Positions 57,411-64,000 of a stretch of DNA of 64,000 nucleotides are shown here, piece by piece. The notes under the pieces are model-generated. The model made no database searches. It was not told the DNA's origin and saw nothing but the letters and a program-made list of their open reading frames with translations. The stretch comes from an uncultured bacterium (lineage in GTDB: Bacteria > Hydrothermota > UBA3072). Position 1 is the stretch's first letter. Every line of letters begins with the position of its first letter. Location: NCBI GenBank assembly GCA_964525555.1, contig CAZGHN010000005.1:20515-84514 (forward strand), written 5' to 3'. The translations under genes and the position numbers were made by a program.

Positions 57411-57456
57411 ATATAAATGAACGTTTATATGATAGTAAACTCTTTTAAAAAGTCAA
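57411..57456 (-). promoter_or_regulatory. arsR promoter with overlapping ArsR/SmtB-type operator
   Basis: Minus strand TTGACT-N16-TATCAT; palindrome ATATAAA-N6-TTTATAT at 57411-57430. Confidence 0.7.
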
Positions 57457-57539
57457 GGGGGTAAAATTATTTAATTCGAATATTGCTTTGTTCTTTAGGT
57501 ATGGAGAATAGGGTAAAGGTCGATTCGGGAATCTTTATT

Positions 57540-57875
57540 TTAAGGCCTTGTTTCCGATTCTCCTGTTCTAATTTTCATAACTTCATCGACTTTAGAAACG
57601 ATGATTATTCCGTCCCCCGGATAGCCGGTTTTTGCGTTTTTTGAAATCGTGTTGACAATCTTATTAACGTTTTTATCATCCGCGACTATCTCCAATTTTA
57701 CCATTTTGGTATATGTCCCTGTGTGCTCGGCAGATATTTCGATGTGCAGGGGATTTACTTCATCTCCGAGAGCTCGAATGTCGATTGCAGTTAACCTCGG
57801 AGCGCCGATCTCTTCCAATTCGTGAATTGTTTTATCTGACATATAGGTTCTTATATAGGCTTTTATTAATTTCAT
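57540..57875 (-). CDS. P-II-like protein associated with heavy-metal efflux
   Basis: MKLIKAYIR, KLEIV, TG.PGDG.I.VS.V....IRTGE. Confidence 0.88.
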   Translation of the reverse strand: MKLIKAYIRTYMSDKTIHELEEIGAPRLTAIDIRALGDEVNPLHIEISAEHTGTYTKMVKLEIVADDKNVNKIVNTISKNAKTGYPGDGIIIVSKVDEVMKIRTGESETRP

Positions 57876-57892
57876 CTTTTCTCCCTTGCGAT

Positions 57893-60800
57893 TTAAGTTT
57901 TATTGTTCTTAAAGATCTCTCTTTCCTCTAACCATGAATATATTACAGGTACCAGAAAAAGATTGGTGAGTGTTGCGGTTATGAGTCCGCCTATTATTGG
58001 AGAAGCCATCGGCTTTATAACCTCGGATCCCGAGGAAGTAAAAAACATTATAGGTAAAAGAGCCAGAATAGTTGTCATGGTAGTCATCATGATGGGGCGT
58101 ACCCTCAACATTCCCCCATGTATTATAGTCTCCCTGACTTCATTTATATTTTCGGGTCTTCTTTCCCTGAAGAGATTTTGCGTTGCGGAGAGTAGCACTA
58201 CCGCGTTATCGGTTGCCACGCCAAAGAGAGCTATAAAACCCACCCAGACTGCTGTCGAGAATTTGAATCCAAGTACAAATAGAGAAATTATCCCCCCAGC
58301 CATAGAAAACGGAAGAGCAGTAGCTATAAGTAGAACCAAGCTGTTATCTTTGAAAGCCATATATAACAAGAAAAATATTACAATCAGACATATCGGAAGT
58401 ATACCGATAAGTCTTTTTCTTGCCTCTACTTCAGATTCGAATTGTCCGCTCCAACTTATGTAATAACCGGCGGGTATATTAAGCTCCCCACTGTTTATCT
58501 TCTCTTTAACTGTTTTCTGTGCCAATTTTACAAAATCCACAAGACCGATTTCATCCTGATTCACATTTATAAATACTCGAAAATAAGGCATTGTATTTTC
58601 TGCTTGAATCATTGCCGGGCCTAAAGTCTTTTCTGATTTTACAAGAAGACTTAAGGGAATCTGTTCTCCTGAAGGCGTGGGAATAAATATTTTTTCGAGC
58701 GATTCCACGTCTTCTCGGAAGTCTCGTTGATATCTTACCCGCACGGGATAGCGTTCTCTACCTTCCACTGTAGTCGTAATATTCATCCCACCCACAGCCA
58801 TGGAAATTACATTCTGGATGGTCTCGAGTGAGATTCCGTAACGAGCTATCTTTTTTCTATCGATTTCTATTTCAAAATAAGGTCTTTTTCCTATGCGTTC
58901 AGCATAAACACTGGAAGACCCTTTTACGCCCTTAACAATTTCTTCCAGCCTCTCCGCGATATTTTCCAGAATCTTCGAATTGGGCCCAAAGACTTTAATC
59001 CCAACCGGCGTCTGGATACCGGTGGCAAGCATGTCTATTCTGTTTCTTATTGGCTGAGTCATTATTGGGCTTACTCCCGGGACTTTTGTTTTTTCCTGTA
59101 TTTCTTTAATTAACTTGTCGCGTGTCATTCCCTTTCGCCATGAGTTTCGAGGTTTTAGATGAACAACCGTCTCAATCATTGTTACAGGCGCAGGATCAGT
59201 CGGGGTCTCAGCCCGTCCTAACTTTCCTACAACCCACTCGACCTCGTTCGGAAATTCTTTCTTAATTATTACATCCTGTTTTTTCATTACTTCCATCACT
59301 TGAGAAAGTGATGCTCCGGGTAGTAAAACAGGCATAAATAAAAGATCTCCTTCATCAAGAGGAGGCATGAATTCCTGATTTATAAGTGTGGAAAAACCTA
59401 TTCCTAAGATGAGTACAATTAAAGATAATAACACAACAATTTTCTTGTGAGCCAATGCCCATTTTATGGAAGGATAATAAATCTTTCTTAAGGCTTTTGA
59501 GGCAAACATCTCATCGGGCAACCGCAGCCTACCTCTTAACAAATAGAAAGAAAGAGTCGGCAATAAAGATACCGCAATTATTGCCGCTCCTACCATAGCA
59601 AATGTCTTTGTGTATGCGAGCGGCCTGAAAAGCTTTCCTGCCTGCCCCGTTAAAACGAACACAGGTATAAATCCTATTATTGTCGTTAAAAGGGCGAAAA
59701 AGACAGGTCTTCCTACCTCTTTTGCCGATTCTATGCATATTTCAAGTCGTTCTTCTTTTTTTAACTGTTTTTCTTTGCTTTCTTCCGCAAGGCGCCTGTA
59801 AATATTCTCAACAAGAACAGAACCGGAATCGACCATAACTCCTATAGCTATTGCTATTCCTCCGAGAGACATAACATTGGCATCGATTCCGAATAATCTC
59901 ATGAAAATGAACGAAATTAATACTCCAATCGGAAGAACTATAGAAATTATAGTACTGCCGAAAAAATGAAAAAGGAAAATTAGTATAACAAAAATAGTAA
60001 TAATTATTTCCTGCACCAAAGCATTTTTTAAGGTATCGATAGTTCTGTTTATTAGCCCCGTACGGTCATAAAAAGGAACAATACGGACTCCGGGAGGCAG
60101 ACCGGCCTTTAGTTCACCGATTTTTTGTTTGACGTTCTCGAGTACCTTTAATGGATTTTCCCCATATCTCATAACCACAACTCCACCCGTGACTTCTCTC
60201 CCTTCCCGATCCAGTGCGCCACGGCGGAAATCAGAACCAACTATCACCGAGCCGATATCTCTTATATATATGGGGACGCCTTTCCTTGAAGCAACAGATA
60301 TATTTTCTATATCTTCGATATTTTTTATAAATCCCAAACCCCGGATAATAAACTCTATACCGCCTTCTTCAAAAATCTTTGCGCCAACATCGATGTTGGA
60401 TTTTTTGACTGCATTTAGGACTTCGGTTATCTTTACATCGTATTTTAGCAACTTATAAGGGTTTACATCGACCTGGTATTGCTTAACAAAACCTCCGACC
60501 GATGCAACTTCCGAGACTCCTCCTGCCGCGTTTAGTTGATATCTTATATACCAGTCCTGTAAGCTTCTAAGTTCGCTTAAATCGTAGTTTGAAGGAATTA
60601 GCTCCTTGTTATCTACAGGACACTTTCCCGGAGAAGCAAAAGACTTTTCGGGATGATCCGGGCAATAATATCCATTCTCCACGGTATACCAAAAAATCTG
60701 GCCTACTGCAGTAACATCCGGGCCAAGAGTCACCTTTACATCATCTGGTATATCTTCCGTTGCAAAATTGAGCCTCTCGAGGACTCTCGTCCTTGCCCAA

Positions 60801-61111
60801 TAAAAGTTAGTATTCTCCTTGAATATAAGATTTATAAGACCAAAGCCAAAAGCAGATGAAGATCTTATCGTTTTTACATTAGGGGTTCCCATTAATTCAG
60901 TCGTAAGGGGATATATCACTTGATCTTCTACATCCTTTGGGCTCCTTCCCGGCCACTGGATATAGACAATTACCTGTAGTTCGCCTATATCGGGTATAGC
61001 ATCGACAGGTGTATTTTTCACCGCGAAGATTCCCCAAAGAATGATGAGTGAAAAGCCTGCAATCACAAGAAATCTATTCTTTAGAGACAGCTCGATTATT
61101 TTTTCTATCAT
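57893..61111 (-). CDS. cusA: CusA/SilA-type heavy-metal RND efflux permease
   Basis: PVDAIPD, N.MSLGGIAIAIG.MVD, EFMPPLDEG, PIRNRIDMLATG, R.RP.MMT. Confidence 0.92.
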   Translation of the reverse strand: MIEKIIELSLKNRFLVIAGFSLIILWGIFAVKNTPVDAIPDIGELQVIVYIQWPGRSPKDVEDQVIYPLTTELMGTPNVKTIRSSSAFGFGLINLIFKENTNFYWARTRVLERLNFATEDIPDDVKVTLGPDVTAVGQIFWYTVENGYYCPDHPEKSFASPGKCPVDNKELIPSNYDLSELRSLQDWYIRYQLNAAGGVSEVASVGGFVKQYQVDVNPYKLLKYDVKITEVLNAVKKSNIDVGAKIFEEGGIEFIIRGLGFIKNIEDIENISVASRKGVPIYIRDIGSVIVGSDFRRGALDREGREVTGGVVVMRYGENPLKVLENVKQKIGELKAGLPPGVRIVPFYDRTGLINRTIDTLKNALVQEIIITIFVILIFLFHFFGSTIISIVLPIGVLISFIFMRLFGIDANVMSLGGIAIAIGVMVDSGSVLVENIYRRLAEESKEKQLKKEERLEICIESAKEVGRPVFFALLTTIIGFIPVFVLTGQAGKLFRPLAYTKTFAMVGAAIIAVSLLPTLSFYLLRGRLRLPDEMFASKALRKIYYPSIKWALAHKKIVVLLSLIVLILGIGFSTLINQEFMPPLDEGDLLFMPVLLPGASLSQVMEVMKKQDVIIKKEFPNEVEWVVGKLGRAETPTDPAPVTMIETVVHLKPRNSWRKGMTRDKLIKEIQEKTKVPGVSPIMTQPIRNRIDMLATGIQTPVGIKVFGPNSKILENIAERLEEIVKGVKGSSSVYAERIGKRPYFEIEIDRKKIARYGISLETIQNVISMAVGGMNITTTVEGRERYPVRVRYQRDFREDVESLEKIFIPTPSGEQIPLSLLVKSEKTLGPAMIQAENTMPYFRVFINVNQDEIGLVDFVKLAQKTVKEKINSGELNIPAGYYISWSGQFESEVEARKRLIGILPICLIVIFFLLYMAFKDNSLVLLIATALPFSMAGGIISLFVLGFKFSTAVWVGFIALFGVATDNAVVLLSATQNLFRERRPENINEVRETIIHGGMLRVRPIMMTTMTTILALLPIMFFTSSGSEVIKPMASPIIGGLITATLTNLFLVPVIYSWLEEREIFKNNKT

Positions 61112-61159
61112 TTAGACTTCTACCTTAACCCTCGTAATATCTTAGTATCCGACGCGCTC

Positions 61160-62488
61160 TTATTCTTCGACGCCAATAGCTCCACCATAACCTATTGCCG
61201 CTATACCCGTAATTTGACTTTCTGAGTCGATAAGAAAATTTCCGTTTGTGACCACCACTTCTCCTTCTTTGACTCCATGCAGGATTGGATAGTAGTTTTC
61301 TTTTCGCATGTCATTACCTTCCACAGCAAGAGGACCGGTTTTTACTTCTCTGGGCTCGAAGTTGCCTTCTCCGATATAAACCCATACAACTTTTCTGTTA
61401 CCGGTGTTGATTACCGCACTCTTTGGAACGGCTACCACTTCATTTTTGTTACCTGTAGGAGTGACGTAGTCTGCTTTAATTTTCACATCGACATACATAC
61501 CGGGAAGAAGTCTTTCGTCTTTTTCGGAAAGCTGGATTTTAACCTGAGTCGACCTTGTTTTCATATCGAGTAGAGGTTTAATGGCTTTGACTTTACCTTC
61601 AAATTCTAATTCCGGATACGCAGCCGGGCTGGCAGTCACATTTTGCCCTTTTTTTACCCAGGCAATATCATTTTCGTAAATATCTGCATACACCCAACTC
61701 TGATTTTCCGGAATAATAAAAGAGGTTTGTACTTCTCTTTTCCTTCCAAGTGATTCTATTTCCGAGTTACTCATTCCTAACAATCTCAGTTTATATTCGG
61801 TTTTCCCCAACACGTTCTTTGCCCTTTTGTAGGATATCTCTTCTTCAGGGTTTATATTTTCCAAAAGCTCCAGAGCATTGATATATTCTTCCTGCGCAGT
61901 AACGAGTGTTGGGTCATAAGCTATCACCCCTACTGCGAGTATTTCCTTATATAAACTCTTTTTTTTTACCAGAGCTGTTTTCACCCCGGCAAGGACCATT
62001 CCTCTATCCTTTAGGTGTAGATAAGATTTTCCGCCTCCCTTTGAATCACTTTTTTTGACAGGGATCAAATTCATTCCGCAGATCGGGCAGTTTCCTTCCT
62101 TATCTGACTTCACTTCAGGATGCATTGAACATGTCCAGTAGAGTATTCCTTCTGTATTGGTATCTTTAAGGGTTTGTTCTTTTTCTTTTTGTTCAGGATT
62201 TTTGCCTATATACTTTTCCGGTTCGGCCATGAATTTATCGTCGCAGCCCGAACAACAGAAATAATATCTTTTCCCCTTGTATTCAACGACAGGGGTTAAA
62301 GCAGTTATATTAAAAGTGTTTCCCATGACAGGGCACCTAGTTTCCCTACCGATTTCTTCTTCCATGATTGTACTGCTTACGGCGGCAGATGAAGAGCTTC
62401 CTTCTGAGCTTTTAGAGCAAGAGTTTAGAACTACAATGGAAACGCTTATAATCAAGATTGTTAAGAAGATTTTAATTTTACTGGTCAC
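61160..62488 (-). CDS. CusB-like RND periplasmic adaptor lipoprotein with YHS and heavy-metal-binding domains
   Basis: Lipobox LNSC; CPVMG...YYFCC..C (YHS); WTCSMHP...GNCPICGMNL; NFLIDSESQ. Confidence 0.9.
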   Translation of the reverse strand: MTSKIKIFLTILIISVSIVVLNSCSKSSEGSSSSAAVSSTIMEEEIGRETRCPVMGNTFNITALTPVVEYKGKRYYFCCSGCDDKFMAEPEKYIGKNPEQKEKEQTLKDTNTEGILYWTCSMHPEVKSDKEGNCPICGMNLIPVKKSDSKGGGKSYLHLKDRGMVLAGVKTALVKKKSLYKEILAVGVIAYDPTLVTAQEEYINALELLENINPEEEISYKRAKNVLGKTEYKLRLLGMSNSEIESLGRKREVQTSFIIPENQSWVYADIYENDIAWVKKGQNVTASPAAYPELEFEGKVKAIKPLLDMKTRSTQVKIQLSEKDERLLPGMYVDVKIKADYVTPTGNKNEVVAVPKSAVINTGNRKVVWVYIGEGNFEPREVKTGPLAVEGNDMRKENYYPILHGVKEGEVVVTNGNFLIDSESQITGIAAIGYGGAIGVEE

Positions 62489-62814
62489 TTATTCCTCCTT
62501 TTTGTCGGAATTCTCACCTGTATACTTTTCCGGATTTTTCATAAATTTATCGGCACATCCAGGGCAGCAGAAAAAATATCTTTCCCCATTATACTCAATG
62601 ACTGGAGTAGATTTAGCTACTGTTACAGCATTCCCCATTACAGGGCAGGTTACCTTCATGCCGATTTCAGTTTCCGTTACATTACTCTTTACGGGAGATA
62701 CCGTTTCCCTCTCGATGTTTTTAGAGCAGGAGTTTAGAACTACAATGGAAGCGGCTATAATCAAGATTGTTAAGAAGATTTTGATTTTACTGGTCACTTA
62801 TTCCTCCTTTTTGT
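62411..62814. repeat. Direct repeat of about 95 bp, offset 309 bp (tandem duplication)
   Basis: 62411-62505 and 62720-62814 are near-identical and include stop, RBS, GTG start and signal peptide. Confidence 0.9.
62489..62797 (-). CDS. YHS-domain lipoprotein
   Basis: Lipobox LNSC; CPVMG...Y.G.RYFFCCPGC...F..NPEKY. Confidence 0.9.
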   Translation of the reverse strand: MTSKIKIFLTILIIAASIVVLNSCSKNIERETVSPVKSNVTETEIGMKVTCPVMGNAVTVAKSTPVIEYNGERYFFCCPGCADKFMKNPEKYTGENSDKKEE

Positions 62815-64000
62815 TTGTTAAACTAATTCCTACAGCGTTTTCGAGATCTGCAATTGCTTTATATAAGTCACTTATAGATTTATAATATTCCAGTTCAAAA
62901 GAGATTAAAGTACGTTCACTATCAAGCAAACTTAAGAATTCAATTTCGTTCGCTTCATAGGCTGAAAGAGCGGAATTTAGACTTGCTTTTGCCTGAGGTA
63001 TGATAGTATTTTTATATAGACTTCTAGTTCTGTTGAAATTATCAACATTTATTTTTGCTTCCTTTGTATCGAGTAAAATTTTATTCTCTATTGCCTTAAA
63101 GTGAGCTTCCGCAAGCTTTATATTCGCCTGGGCTTCCGCAACCATATCGTTCTGTTTGCCCCAGAAGTAGATAGGAATGCTCAAACCCACCATATATTTT
63201 TGATTGGTCATCCCCCCGGGCATTTCCTCCTGAGTAAATTTAAACGAGAAATCGGGTATGTATGTTTGTTTAGCAATAGATTTCATTCTTTTGGACTTTT
63301 CTTTTAACCAGCTTGTAGCTTCAAGGGTGGGCGAATTCTCCTTAGCAATTTCAAACAGACTATCTAAAACTATTTTTGCAGCGTTAGTACTAATTTTCCC
63401 GGGTATTCCAATAGGATTATCAATATTTCTGTTTAAAAGCATATTAAGTCTTGTTTCTTCAATACTTATATCATCTTTTATTTTTAATAAATCGTTTTCC
63501 GTTTTAGATAACTCGACCTGCGCCCGGAGCATGTCTGCTTGGGTCGCTTTACCTATTGAATAGTTTTGGGATGCTATATTAAACAACTGAATGAAGAAGG
63601 ATCTCGATTCGTTTACTACCATATATTTTTTATGCAGAAAAAATAAATTAGAGTAACTTTTCTTAACCTTATTCAGAATTTCCTGTTCCTTTTCCAGAAA
63701 AATATTCCCATACATTTCTGCCTCCGCCCTAGCGAGATTTGACCTACTGCTCAATTTTGTCGGGAAAGGCAGGCTTTGGGTAACGCTGTACATTTTCATA
63801 TCATTTGACGATAATTCTGTAGATATCATCGGATCCATTAAATTTCTAAATGGCGATGTTCTACTTTTATAAACTTCATATTTTGCTTTAAAAGCCAGTA
63901 TTTCAGGATTTCTTTCTCTTGCCTCTTCCAGAATATTACTTAATTTCAGAGTATCCATAGAATTTCCGTAAAGAATTAAATAGAAAAAGCATATGAGTAT
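62798..64000 (-). CDS. TolC/CusC-family outer membrane efflux protein (5' end beyond the window)
   Basis: NP.I.A, QSLPFP.KL, PD F, GLSIP, YE.N.I.FL.LLD; frame stays open to the window edge with a hydrophobic signal-like stretch. Confidence 0.9.
   Translation of the reverse strand: MLICFFYLILYGNSMDTLKLSNILEEARERNPEILAFKAKYEVYKSRTSPFRNLMDPMISTELSSNDMKMYSVTQSLPFPTKLSSRSNLARAEAEMYGNIFLEKEQEILNKVKKSYSNLFFLHKKYMVVNESRSFFIQLFNIASQNYSIGKATQADMLRAQVELSKTENDLLKIKDDISIEETRLNMLLNRNIDNPIGIPGKISTNAAKIVLDSLFEIAKENSPTLEATSWLKEKSKRMKSIAKQTYIPDFSFKFTQEEMPGGMTNQKYMVGLSIPIYFWGKQNDMVAEAQANIKLAEAHFKAIENKILLDTKEAKINVDNFNRTRSLYKNTIIPQAKASLNSALSAYEANEIEFLSLLDSERTLISFELEYYKSISDLYKAIADLENAVGISLTNKKEE

Noticed and set aside
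1-64000. Prophage, IS element, integron or alternative genetic code
   Set aside because: No integrase, transposase or phage genes seen; long ORFs translate cleanly in the standard bacterial code

Overview
AT-rich bacterial chromosome window with about 55 CDS. I found no rRNA, tRNA, CRISPR array, integrase or transposase. The gene content suggests an anaerobic diderm, possibly FCB-associated or WOR-3-like; this is inference only. Supporting genes are the archaeal-type ApgM, a K+-dependent membrane pyrophosphatase, a 4-subunit 2-oxoacid:ferredoxin oxidoreductase, TolC/RND efflux, and four secreted proteins with T9SS/FlgD-like C-terminal domains. Housekeeping blocks are pgk-tpiA-secG-rplU-rpmA, ychF, yebC-ruvCAB, fabH-porCDAB and acs. 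They alternate with accessory modules: SGNH/GNAT/CE15 esterases, a 14-repeat FG-GAP protein, GH28, DUF3160, a GH-A-like hydrolase plus GH10 pair, an arsR-arsM-ECF locus and a Cus-like metal efflux operon. Two things stand out. (1) Most long intergenic regions between 2 and 52 kb are mosaics of degenerate 7-, 8-, 9- and 10-bp tandem triads. These are often inverted pairs, are joined by recurrent linkers, and recur as composite 40-100 bp blocks kilobases apart, usually ending just upstream of near-consensus sigma70 promoters. (2) A six-gene lipid operon at 24768-31669 encodes FabF, an ACP-fused serine-palmitoyltransferase-like enzyme, a sphingosine/DAG kinase, an SDR, a radical SAM enzyme and a UbiA prenyltransferase. 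It could make a hybrid sphingoid-isoprenoid lipid. All calls come from motif recognition by eye; no searches were run.
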